Below, in pieces: positions 1 through 9,145 of a DNA stretch of 64,000 bases. The stretch is from assembly GCA_965203055.1 (NCBI GenBank), contig OZ241863.1, positions 4,032,001 to 4,096,000 on the forward strand, read 5' to 3'. This DNA is from Spirochaetia bacterium. Its GTDB lineage: Bacteria > Spirochaetota > Spirochaetia > SZUA-6 > Bin103. The notes under the pieces were generated by a model, which worked only from the letters and a program-made list of their open reading frames with translations, ran no database searches and had not been told where the DNA came from. Both the position numbers and the translations under genes were made by a program. The first letter of the stretch is position 1. Every line of letters begins with the position of its first letter.

Positions 1-133
1 CTTCGATCCGGTCCTGCCGCTTGAGCGCGATCTCGTTCTCGAACACGTCGATCTCGGCCCCGAGATCGCGCGGAATACGGTCGCCGAGGCGCCCCTTCCA
101 CAGCCCGTTGCTCACTTTCATAAGGCGCTGCAT
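1..133 (-). CDS. Partial CDS (5' end only, runs off window start); probable nitrite/sulfite reductase hemoprotein
   Basis: Manual translation MQRLMKVSNGLWKGRLGDRIPRDLGAEIDVFENEIALKRQDRIE resembles N-termini of ferredoxin-dependent sulfite/nitrite reductases; alternative ATG at 121; not in ORF track. Confidence 0.5.
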   Translation of the reverse strand, partial: MQRLMKVSNGLWKGRLGDRIPRDLGAEIDVFENEIALKRQDRIE

Positions 134-209
134 TGATAGCAGAATCCGCCGCGCGCGTCAATCCGCGTTGCTTCGGGAGTGCGGCAGTGACTACATTGGC
201 GGCCTATCC

Positions 210-2129
210 ATGGCTACTTCCCTACCGCCGGCGCGGCCGCCGGGCGCCGCCCGAGAGTCGACCGCCTGGTGGCGCCTGCGGCTGCCGCCCGACATCGTGG
301 CAACGCTCGAGGCCTCTCCCGAAGTGCTGGTGCCGCGCAGCCGCAATCAGCTCCTGAAGCTGTCCCTCGGGGAGACCGGCGGGCAGACCCAATTCGAAGT
401 AGCCTACGAGGTACCGGGCCGCGGCCGGATCGTGGAGGCGGTGGTCACCCGCTGCCGCAACGGCGTGGCGGTGAACTACACCGAGCCCTACATGCGGCGG
501 CGCGACCCCGACTGCATGGTGGTAGCCGACGAAGGACCGTCCGAAAAGCCGCGCTTCATCGACCGCTTCGACACCCCCTTCGCGCCGGTGCGCACCGAGA
601 TCCTGCGTTGGCTCGGCGCGCAGGAACTGATCGCGCTGCCGTTCGTGTCCGGCGGGCGCGAGTTCGGCTACGACTCGCTGTTGATCGCTCCGCGCAACGC
701 CGCCTTCTTCGCCGCCGCCCTGGCCGACCTGCAGGGGATGCTGCCCGGCATCGACATTGCCGACGGCTTCACGCCGCGCGCCATCATCTTCCTGGCGCCG
801 CCGTTCCGCCACACCCACTGCGCCGGCCGCCAGGTGGTGGTCCACAACCGCATGGCGGACCGCCACGAAATCCACTCTCTCAACCTGTATCCGGGGCCGA
901 GCGCCAAGAAGGGGGTATACGGCGTGCTGCTCACCATCGGCGAGAGCGAAGGCTGGATTACCGCCCACGGCTCGACGGTCGAGGTAGTCACCCCCTACGA
1001 CAACATCGTCACCATCATGCACGAAGGCGCCAGCGGCGGCGGCAAGAGCGAGATGTTGGAGCACGTCCACCGCGAAGCCGACGGGCGCCTGCTGCTGGGC
1101 CGCAACACCGTGACCGGCGAACGCCGCTACATCGCCATGGGGCAGACCTGCGCCTTGCGCCCGGTGACCGACGACATGGCGCTGTGCCACCCGGACCTGC
1201 GCAACGACAGCGGCCATCTGGCGGTGATGGACGCCGAAGAGGCGTGGTTCCTGCGCGTCAATCACATCGACCGCTACGGCATCGACCCCTCCTACGAGCG
1301 CCTGTCGATCCATCCCCCGGAGCCGCTGCTGTTCATGAACATGGCGGCCACCCCCGGCGCCACCTGCCTGATCTGGGAGCACGTCGAAGATGCGCCCGGG
1401 GTGCCGTGTCCCAATCCGCGGGTCATCGTGCCGCGGCGCCTGGTGGCCGGGATCGTGGACGACCCGGCGACGGTGGACGTGCGCGGCTTCGGCATCCGCA
1501 CGCCGCCCTGTACCGCCGGCGATCCCAGCTACGGCATCCCGGGCCTGCTGCACGTGCTGCCGCCGGCGCTCGCCTGGCTCTGGCGGCTGGTAGCGCCGCG
1601 CGGTTACTCCAACCCCAGCATCACGGTCGACAGCGGTCTGACCAGCGAAGGGGTCGGCTCCTACTGGCCGTTCGCCACCGGCCGGCGCGTGGTGCAGGCC
1701 AACCTCCTGCTGCGCCAGATCCGCAACACGCCGGCGACGCGCTTTACCCTGAGTCCCAATCAGCACGTCGGGGCGTGGCAGGTCGGGTTCATGCCGCAGT
1801 GGATCGCGCGCGAGTACCTGGCGCGGCGCAGCGGGGCGCGCTTTCGCCCGGACCAGCTCACCCCGGCCCGCTGCCCGCTGCTAGGTTACGCGCTGCGCTC
1901 GATGCAGATCGAAGGCGCCTTGATCCCGCAGGAGCTGTTGCAGGTGGAGCTGCAGCCGGAGGTGGGCGAAACGGGTTACGACGCCGGCGACGCCGAACTG
2001 CGCGCCTTCTTCGCCGCCACCCTGCGGCCCTATCTGAAGGAGTCGGACCTGGAACCGTTGGGGCGCAGCATCATCGAAGCCGCCCTCGATGAATGCAGCG
2101 TGGAGCAACTGGCCGCGTTCGACCTGTAG
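210..2129 (+). CDS. DUF4914 family protein (PEP-carboxykinase-like P-loop protein)
   Basis: NYTEPYMRRRDPDCMVVAD, YPGPSAKKGVYG, Walker A HEGASGGGKSEM, SEGVGSYWPFATG; ATG at 210 in frame with ORF 21..2129. Confidence 0.8.
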   Translation: MATSLPPARPPGAARESTAWWRLRLPPDIVATLEASPEVLVPRSRNQLLKLSLGETGGQTQFEVAYEVPGRGRIVEAVVTRCRNGVAVNYTEPYMRRRDPDCMVVADEGPSEKPRFIDRFDTPFAPVRTEILRWLGAQELIALPFVSGGREFGYDSLLIAPRNAAFFAAALADLQGMLPGIDIADGFTPRAIIFLAPPFRHTHCAGRQVVVHNRMADRHEIHSLNLYPGPSAKKGVYGVLLTIGESEGWITAHGSTVEVVTPYDNIVTIMHEGASGGGKSEMLEHVHREADGRLLLGRNTVTGERRYIAMGQTCALRPVTDDMALCHPDLRNDSGHLAVMDAEEAWFLRVNHIDRYGIDPSYERLSIHPPEPLLFMNMAATPGATCLIWEHVEDAPGVPCPNPRVIVPRRLVAGIVDDPATVDVRGFGIRTPPCTAGDPSYGIPGLLHVLPPALAWLWRLVAPRGYSNPSITVDSGLTSEGVGSYWPFATGRRVVQANLLLRQIRNTPATRFTLSPNQHVGAWQVGFMPQWIAREYLARRSGARFRPDQLTPARCPLLGYALRSMQIEGALIPQELLQVELQPEVGETGYDAGDAELRAFFAATLRPYLKESDLEPLGRSIIEAALDECSVEQLAAFDL

Positions 2130-2175
2130 GCCGGCCGGTGCCCGCGCCGCGCGGGGGCGTGGTAGGCTGGGCGGC

Positions 2176-3627
2176 GTGCGACCGACCAACCTGCTGTTCC
2201 TGCTTTCCGACCAACACACCCGCGCCGGTCTCGGCTGCTACGGCGGCCCCGGCATCACCCCGCACCTGGACGCCCTGGCCCGGCGCGGCACCCGCTTCAC
2301 CGGCGCCTACACCAACTGTCCGATCTGCGTGCCGGCGCGCGCTTCCTTGGCCACCGGGCGCTACGTCCACGAGATCGGCTGCTGGGACAACGGCCTCCCC
2401 TACGACGGCAGCATTCCCGGTTGGGGGCATCACCTGCGCGCCGAAGGGGTCACCGTCGACGCCATCGGCAAGCTGCACTTCCGCAGCGCCGCGGACGACA
2501 ACGGCTTCGGCGCCGAAATCGAACCGCTGCACGTGGTGGAGGGGCTGGGCGACGTGCTCGGCTGCGTGCGCGACGATCCGCCGCCGCGCAACGCCCGCGC
2601 CGGCGTGCTGGGGGCGGGCCCCGGCCACTCTTCCTACCTGGCCTACGACGAGCGCAACGCCGCCAACGCCGTGGACTGGCTGCGCCGGCACGCCGCGGCC
2701 GCCGAGCCGTGGGTGCTGTTCGTGTCGTTCGTGTGCCCCCATCCGCCCTACGTCGGACCGGAGTCCTGGTACCGGCGCTACCGCCAACTGGGACCGCCGC
2801 CGATGCCGCAGTGGCAGCCGGAACAGTGGCCGCGGCATCCCGCCATCGCCGCCTTCCGGCGCTTCTTCAACGAGGAGGAGCCGTTCACCGAGGAGCAGCT
2901 GCGCAACCTCAGCGCCGCCTACTATGCCGCCTGCAGCCATCTGGACGCGCAGATCGGCCGCGTGCTGGCGGCGCTGGCCGAGCTGGAGCTGGCCGCCTCC
3001 ACCCGCGTCATCTACACCTCGGACCACGGCGAGTCGCTGGGCGCGCGCGGCCTGACCGGCAAGTTCACGCTCTACGACGAGTCGGCCGCGGTGCCGCTGA
3101 TCCTGGCCGGCCCCGATGTGCCGGCCGGGCGCGCCGTGAGCACTCCGGCCAGTCTGGTGGACTGCTACCCGACGGTGGTGGCCGCGGCGGGGGGCAGCCC
3201 CGCGCCCGGGTTGCCGGGAACCGACCTGTGGCAACTCGCCGCGGCGCCGCCGGCGGCGCGCACCGTGTTCAGCGAGTACCACGCGCTGGGCAGCAGCGCG
3301 GCCTCCTACCTGCTGCGCGACGCCCGCTACAAGTACCTCCACTACGTGGACGGGCCGCCGCAGTTGTTCGATCTGCAGGCCGACCCGGAGGAACGGCGCG
3401 ACCTGGCGGCGGCCGGGGACGCGCGCGCTCCGGCCCTGCTGCGCCGCTTCGAACGGGAGCTGCGCGAGCTGCTCGACCCGGAGGCGGTGGACCGCCGCGC
3501 CAAGGCGGATCAGGCGGCGCGGGTGGCGGCCTGCGGCGGGCGGGCGGCGGTGCTGGCGCGCGGCACCTTCGCCAACTCCCCGACGCCGGACGAGGCGCCC
3601 GCCTGGAGCCATCCGGGGGCGCGCTAG
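2176..3627 (+). CDS. Sulfatase (choline-sulfatase-like, formylglycine-dependent)
   Basis: NLLFLLSDQH, CVPAR (CxPxR), GKLH, YTSDHGE; GTG at 2176. Confidence 0.9.
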   Translation: MRPTNLLFLLSDQHTRAGLGCYGGPGITPHLDALARRGTRFTGAYTNCPICVPARASLATGRYVHEIGCWDNGLPYDGSIPGWGHHLRAEGVTVDAIGKLHFRSAADDNGFGAEIEPLHVVEGLGDVLGCVRDDPPPRNARAGVLGAGPGHSSYLAYDERNAANAVDWLRRHAAAAEPWVLFVSFVCPHPPYVGPESWYRRYRQLGPPPMPQWQPEQWPRHPAIAAFRRFFNEEEPFTEEQLRNLSAAYYAACSHLDAQIGRVLAALAELELAASTRVIYTSDHGESLGARGLTGKFTLYDESAAVPLILAGPDVPAGRAVSTPASLVDCYPTVVAAAGGSPAPGLPGTDLWQLAAAPPAARTVFSEYHALGSSAASYLLRDARYKYLHYVDGPPQLFDLQADPEERRDLAAAGDARAPALLRRFERELRELLDPEAVDRRAKADQAARVAACGGRAAVLARGTFANSPTPDEAPAWSHPGAR

Positions 3628-3631
3628 CTAG

Positions 3632-5452
3632 CTAAATGCGCGCCTGATACTCGTACAGTTGCTGGTAGCGGCCGCCGGCGGCGATCAACTCGTCATGGCG
3701 CCCGCGCTCCACGATGCGGCCCTCTTCCACCACCAAGATCTGGTCCGCGCGGCGGATGGTGCTCAGACGGTGGGCGATCACCAGCGTGGTGCGGCCGGCC
3801 ATGAGCTCGGCCAGACTGTGCTGGATGAACGCCTCGCTCTCGTTGTCCAGGCTGGAGGTGGCCTCGTCCAGGATCAGCACCCGTGGATCCGCCAGGATGG
3901 CGCGCGCCAGCGCCACCCGTTGCCGCTGGCCGCCGGAGAGCTTGACCCCGCGCTCGCCGATCACGGTATCCAGCCCGGCCTCGAAGCGGTCGCTGAACTC
4001 GTCCACGTGCGCGGCCCGCACCGCCGCGCGCAGCGCTGCCTCGTCCGCGTCCGGGCGGGCGAACAGCAGGTTCTCGCGGATGGTGCCGGCAAACAGGAAC
4101 TCGTCCTGCAGCACCACGCCGAGGCGGCGGCGATAACTGTCCAGGACTACGGTGGTCAGGTCGTGGCCGTCGATGCTCACGACGCCGGAGTCGGGCACCA
4201 GAAACGAGGCCGCCAGCCCGGCGATGGTGGTCTTGCCGGACCCGGAGGTGCCCACCAGCGCGATCATGGTCCCCGCCGGCGCTTCCAGACTCACCTCGTG
4301 CAGCACCGGCGCGCCGGGGTGGTAGCCGAACGAGACCCGGTCGAAGCGAATGTCGCCGCGCACGCTCTCCAGCGCCACGGTGCGGCCCGGCTCCTCACCC
4401 TCCGGCTGCTGAGCCAATACCTCCTGCATCCGGTCCAGCCCGGCGAACGCCTCGGTGAGCTCGGTACCGATGCGGCCCATCTGGACGATCGGCGCAGTCA
4501 TGAATCCCAGGTAGAGGCTGAACGCCACGAAGTCGCCGACGGTCATCGCGCCGCGCAGAATCAGCGAGCCGCCCACGCCCATGATCAGCACGGCGCCCAG
4601 GCCCATGATCAGGGCGCCGGCGCTGGTTACCAGACTGGTGGCCGTAAGCGAGCTGCGCACCGTGGCGAAGATGCGTTCCACCCCGCGGGCAAACGCGCGC
4701 TCCTCGTGCGCTTCGGCGCGAAACCCCTTGACGACCCGAATGCCGGCCAGGGACTCGGTGAGGCGGCCGGTGACCTCGGCGGTGATGGCCCAGCGCCGGC
4801 GGTGGATCGGGCGCACCAGAGCGAACGTCCGGCCCGTCAGCAGGCCGAACACCGCCAGCGGAATCACGGTATAGAGGGTCATCGGCACGCTGATGCGAAG
4901 CAGCAGAATCACCGCCACCACCGCGGTGATTGCCCCGCCGGCCAGATGCACCAGCCCGGTGCCCACCAGGTTGCGGACCCCTTCCACGTCGGTCATCACC
5001 CGCGACACCAGCGCGCCGGTCTGGTTGTTATCGAAGAACGCCACCGGCAGGCGCTGCACGTGGCGCTGAATCCGCGCCCGCAGCACCGCGATGAGGCGTT
5101 GTCCCTGCACGCTCAACAGCCGGGTGAGCAGAAACGAGCTGCCCGCCTGGGCCAGCACCGCGCCCGCCACGGCAAGCAGCAGCACCGTGAGCAGGGCCGT
5201 ATTCCGGTTGCCGATCACGTCGTCGATCAGGTACTTGGAGGCTCCCGGCAACACCAGCCCGGCCAGGCGGTTGACGCCGATCAGGAACAATCCGAGGAGC
5301 AGCAACCAGCGCCGCGGCCAGACGACGGTGGTCAGGACGTGGCGGATGCTGACCGCGGCACCGGGGCGCGCCGCCTTGCGCGGCCCGTCCAGGGCGCCGG
5401 GCGGCGCGGCGGGCGAGGCCGTGGTGGGCGTGGTCGCGGAACGGCTGCTCAT
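3632..5452 (-). CDS. ABC exporter, fused permease/ATPase (MsbA/MdlB-like)
   Basis: TM domain, Walker A GTSGSGKTT, LSGGQRQR, ILDEATSSLD, IAHRLST. Confidence 0.92.
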   Translation of the reverse strand: MSSRSATTPTTASPAAPPGALDGPRKAARPGAAVSIRHVLTTVVWPRRWLLLLGLFLIGVNRLAGLVLPGASKYLIDDVIGNRNTALLTVLLLAVAGAVLAQAGSSFLLTRLLSVQGQRLIAVLRARIQRHVQRLPVAFFDNNQTGALVSRVMTDVEGVRNLVGTGLVHLAGGAITAVVAVILLLRISVPMTLYTVIPLAVFGLLTGRTFALVRPIHRRRWAITAEVTGRLTESLAGIRVVKGFRAEAHEERAFARGVERIFATVRSSLTATSLVTSAGALIMGLGAVLIMGVGGSLILRGAMTVGDFVAFSLYLGFMTAPIVQMGRIGTELTEAFAGLDRMQEVLAQQPEGEEPGRTVALESVRGDIRFDRVSFGYHPGAPVLHEVSLEAPAGTMIALVGTSGSGKTTIAGLAASFLVPDSGVVSIDGHDLTTVVLDSYRRRLGVVLQDEFLFAGTIRENLLFARPDADEAALRAAVRAAHVDEFSDRFEAGLDTVIGERGVKLSGGQRQRVALARAILADPRVLILDEATSSLDNESEAFIQHSLAELMAGRTTLVIAHRLSTIRRADQILVVEEGRIVERGRHDELIAAGGRYQQLYEYQARI

Positions 5453-5562
5453 GGCGGCGTACTGCAAGTGTACTCATAACGCGCGCCGCGGACAGCGCCG
5501 CGGCGCTGCTTGATAGCCGCCCGGTTGCCAGCCGCCGGCGCCAGCCGTAGGCTGCCGGGACC

Positions 5563-6402
5563 ATGCAGTTCGTGATGTTCACCAAGCACCTCGCCGGCCT
5601 CTCCCTGGAGGAGTTGATTGGCGCCCTCAAGGAGGTCGGCGTCGCCGGCGCGGACTTGGCGGTGCGGCCCGGCTACCCGGTCAACCCCGATAACATGGCC
5701 GCCGAGCTGCCGCGCGCAGCGCAGCGGTTCCGCGCCGCCGGCCTGGAGCTTCCGCTGGTCACCGCTCCGACCTCCCTGACCTCCCCGGCCAGTCCCCGCG
5801 CCGAGGAGTTCTACGCCGCCTGCGGCGCCGCCGGCGTCGCGCATCTGAAGCTCGGCTACTGGCGCTGGGATCCCGAGCGGCGCTTCTGGGACCAGATCGC
5901 GGAAATCCGCGAGTGGTTGGCCACCTTTCAGGAGTGGTCGCGGCGTTACGGCGTCAAGACGGTGGTCCACAACCACTCCGGCACCTCGCTGGGGATGAAC
6001 TCCTCGCAGATGATGCACCTGGTGCAAGGCTTCGACCCGGCTCACGTGGGCGTGTTCGCCGACCCCGGCCACCTGGCGGTATGCGGGGAGCCGGTCGCCA
6101 TGGCGCTGGAGATGGTGCGCGGCTACCTGGCCTGCGTGGCCTGCAAGGATCTGCTGCGCGCGGCGCTGCCGGAGGCCGGCGGCTGGTGGGGGCGCGGCGC
6201 GCCCGCCCGCGTCTTCACGGTGCCGCTGGGCCGCGGCTTCGTGGACTACCCGGCCGCCCTGACCACCCTGCGCCGCATCGGCTTCGCCGGCACCATGAGC
6301 CTGCACAGCGAATATGACGAGCCGGTCGAGGACGTGGTGGCCATGACCCGCATCGACTTCCGCTACCTGCAGCGCCTGCTGGCCGACACCCCGCCGAACT
6401 GA
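5563..6402 (+). CDS. Sugar phosphate isomerase/epimerase (xylose-isomerase-like TIM barrel)
   Basis: DLAVRPGYPV, HNHSG, DPGH, KD, SLHSEY pattern. Confidence 0.8.
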   Translation: MQFVMFTKHLAGLSLEELIGALKEVGVAGADLAVRPGYPVNPDNMAAELPRAAQRFRAAGLELPLVTAPTSLTSPASPRAEEFYAACGAAGVAHLKLGYWRWDPERRFWDQIAEIREWLATFQEWSRRYGVKTVVHNHSGTSLGMNSSQMMHLVQGFDPAHVGVFADPGHLAVCGEPVAMALEMVRGYLACVACKDLLRAALPEAGGWWGRGAPARVFTVPLGRGFVDYPAALTTLRRIGFAGTMSLHSEYDEPVEDVVAMTRIDFRYLQRLLADTPPN

Positions 6403-6454
6403 CGCGGCGCCGCTTTCGGTTGCCGGGAGTGGGGCAACCTCATAGGATAGGGGC

Positions 6455-7225
6455 GTGATCCTGCGGCTGGCTGACCTTACCCGCGAGCGGGTCGGCGAAC
6501 TGGCGCCCCATCGCCTGGCGGTGCTGCCCACGGCGTCGATCGAGCAGCACGGCCCGCATCTGCCGGTCGGGACGGATACCTTCCTGTGCGAAGCGGTGGT
6601 GACCGGCGCCGCGCAACGGGCGGCAAGCGAGATCGTGGTGGCGCCCACCCTGCGCTACGGCGACTCGGCGCACCACTTCCCGTTTCCCGGGGTGATTACC
6701 CTGTCCAGCGCCAGCTATGCGGCCGCGGTGGGCGAGTTGTGCGACTCCCTCTGGCGCTCCGGGTTCCGGCGCCTGGCGGTGATCAACGGCCACGGCGGCA
6801 ACGACCCCGGCAACGAGATCGCCGCCCGCGACCTGGTGCACCGCGGCGAACGCGAGGTCACGATCGGCGCGGCCGCCTACTGGGATATTGCGCGCCCCGC
6901 GCTGGTGGCGGAAACTGACCTGCCGAGTGCGCTGATACCCGGCCACGCGGGCCGCTTCGAAACTGCGCTGATGTTGGCAGTGCGCCCCGAGCTGGTGGAC
7001 GAGACCGCGCTGGCGCAACTTGGCGCCGGCGGCGATACCGCCGGGGGCCGCTTTCGGGGGGTAGGCGGCGGCGCCGGCGCGCGAGTCCGGGCGGCCGGCG
7101 GCTGGGAAGCGGGCGGCGGCTTCACCGACCACCCGGCCGCGGCCGACCGCGCCGCCGGCGCGCGCTACCTGGAGGTGGTGACGCGCGAGGTGGCGGCGTT
7201 TCTGGACGCCCTGGCGACCCGCTAA
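6455..7225 (+). CDS. Creatininase family amidohydrolase
   Basis: SIEQHGPHLPVGTD, INGHGGN, GHAGRFET. Confidence 0.9.
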   Translation: MILRLADLTRERVGELAPHRLAVLPTASIEQHGPHLPVGTDTFLCEAVVTGAAQRAASEIVVAPTLRYGDSAHHFPFPGVITLSSASYAAAVGELCDSLWRSGFRRLAVINGHGGNDPGNEIAARDLVHRGEREVTIGAAAYWDIARPALVAETDLPSALIPGHAGRFETALMLAVRPELVDETALAQLGAGGDTAGGRFRGVGGGAGARVRAAGGWEAGGGFTDHPAAADRAAGARYLEVVTREVAAFLDALATR

Positions 7226-7234
7226 AACGACGAC

Positions 7235-8104
7235 GTGAGGACTGAGGTGAAGAAACCTGACCTGGACCAAGGGGCGCGGGTACGCGCCGCCGTGACCCTG
7301 AGCCTGGTGCCGGAGGTGCGCGGCGGGCCGTTCGTGTTTTGGGACGAGATTGCGCCCGCCTGCGCCGCCGCGGCGCGGATCGGCTTCCACGGCATCGAGC
7401 TGTTTCCGTCCGCCGCGGCGGCCGTGCCGGCCGCGGAAGTGCGCGCGGCCCTGGCCGCCAACGGGCTGGCGCTGGCGGCCGTGGGCACCGGCGCGGGCGG
7501 GGTGGTGCACGGCCTGTCGTTGGCGCACCGCGACGCGGCGCAGCGGCAACGCGCCGTCGCCTTCGTACGCGCCATCATCGAGCTGGCGGCGCCGTTCGAC
7601 GCGCCGGCCATCGTCGGCTCGATGCAGGGCCGCGCCGCCCCCGGGGAGCCGCGCGGCGAAGCGTTGGCGCGCCTCGCCGACAGTCTGGCGCAGCTCGCCG
7701 AGCACGCCGCCGCGGCCGGCGGACGGGTGCTGCTGGAGCCCCTCAACCGCTACGAGACCGACCTGTGCAACACCCTGCGGCAGGGCAGCGAGCTGCTGGC
7801 CCGGGTCGGCAGCGAGCGCCTCGCGCTGCTGGCCGACCTGTTCCACATGAACATCGAAGAAGGCGACCTCGGCGCGGCCTTGGGCGCGGCCGCGGCGCGG
7901 CTCGGCCACCTGCACTTCGTGGACAGCAATCGGCGCCCGGCGGGGTGCGGGCACCTCGCCTACGGCCCCATCGCCGCGGCGCTGCGCGCGGCCGGCTACC
8001 GCGGCTGGGCCTCCGCCGAGGCGCTTCCCTACCCCGACCCGGAGGCCGCGGCATACCAGACCATCCACAGCTACCGAGCCTACCTGGAGGGATTGAACCG
8101 ATGA
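7235..8104 (+). CDS. Sugar phosphate isomerase/epimerase (ketose 3-epimerase/IolI-like TIM barrel)
   Basis: LEPLNRYET, DLFHMNIEE, HLHFVDSNR. Confidence 0.85.
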   Translation: MRTEVKKPDLDQGARVRAAVTLSLVPEVRGGPFVFWDEIAPACAAAARIGFHGIELFPSAAAAVPAAEVRAALAANGLALAAVGTGAGGVVHGLSLAHRDAAQRQRAVAFVRAIIELAAPFDAPAIVGSMQGRAAPGEPRGEALARLADSLAQLAEHAAAAGGRVLLEPLNRYETDLCNTLRQGSELLARVGSERLALLADLFHMNIEEGDLGAALGAAAARLGHLHFVDSNRRPAGCGHLAYGPIAAALRAAGYRGWASAEALPYPDPEAAAYQTIHSYRAYLEGLNR

Positions 8105-9123
8105 AGGCGATCAGTCTGCGCGAACCCGAGCGGTTCGAGATGATCGAGATCGACCCGCCGGCGGCGCCGGCCGCGGGCGAAGCGCTGGTGCGGGTGCGCC
8201 ACGTCGGCATCTGCGGCACCGACGTCAGCGGCTACTTCGGCAAGATGCCGCTGATGTCCTACCCGCGCATCCTCGGCCACGAGCTGGGCGTGGAAGTGCT
8301 GGCGGTCGGCGGCGGGGTGAGCAACGTGGCGACCGGCGACCGCTGCGCGGTGGAGCCCTACCTGAACTGCGTGGACCGGTGCATCGCGTGCCGGCGCGGC
8401 GCTCCCAACTGCTGCGCCACCCTGGAGGTGCTGGGCGTGCATACCGACGGCGGCATGCGCCCGCAGTTTCTGATTCCGGCGCGCAAGCTGCACGTTTCGA
8501 AGCGCCTCGACTGCGAACAACTGGCGCTGGTGGAGACCCTGGGCATCGGCGCCCACGCCGTGGACCGCGGCGCCCCCACCGCGGCCGACGCGGTATTGAT
8601 CATCGGCGCCGGTCCCATCGGCCTGGCGACCTTCGAGTTCGCGCGCCTGACCGGGGCGGTCACCATCTTCATGGACCTCAACGAGGAGCGGCTGCGCTTC
8701 GCGCGCGAGGTGATGCGCTGCGACCACACCGTGACGGCGCACGGCGACGTCGCCGGGAAACTGCGCGGCCTGACCGGCGGCGACCTGCCCAACGTGGTGT
8801 TCGACGCCACCGGCTCCAACGTATCGATGTCGCAGGCCGTCAACTACGTGGCGCCGACCGGCTGCCTGGTGTTCGTGGGCCTCACCGCGCGCGAGCTGAC
8901 GTTTCCGCACATGGCGCTGCACCGGCCCGAGCTGACCCTGCGCGCCACCCGCAACTCGCTGCCGGACAACTTCCGGCGCATCATCTCGCTGATCGAGGAG
9001 GGCCGCATCGACACCGCCCCGTGGATCACCCACCGGAGCGCGTTCGGCGACCTGATCGCCGACTTCCCCACCTACACCCGCCCGGAGAGCGGCGTCATCA
9101 AAGCCGTCGTCGGCCTCGACTGA
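8101..9123 (+). CDS. Zinc-binding (MDR) dehydrogenase, sugar-acid type
   Basis: GICGTD, GHE, structural-Zn cysteines, GAGPIG; ATG 8101 overlaps upstream stop (ATGA). Confidence 0.9.
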   Translation: MKAISLREPERFEMIEIDPPAAPAAGEALVRVRHVGICGTDVSGYFGKMPLMSYPRILGHELGVEVLAVGGGVSNVATGDRCAVEPYLNCVDRCIACRRGAPNCCATLEVLGVHTDGGMRPQFLIPARKLHVSKRLDCEQLALVETLGIGAHAVDRGAPTAADAVLIIGAGPIGLATFEFARLTGAVTIFMDLNEERLRFAREVMRCDHTVTAHGDVAGKLRGLTGGDLPNVVFDATGSNVSMSQAVNYVAPTGCLVFVGLTARELTFPHMALHRPELTLRATRNSLPDNFRRIISLIEEGRIDTAPWITHRSAFGDLIADFPTYTRPESGVIKAVVGLD

Positions 9124-9145
9124 CGCGCGGCGCGCCAGAGGAGAA

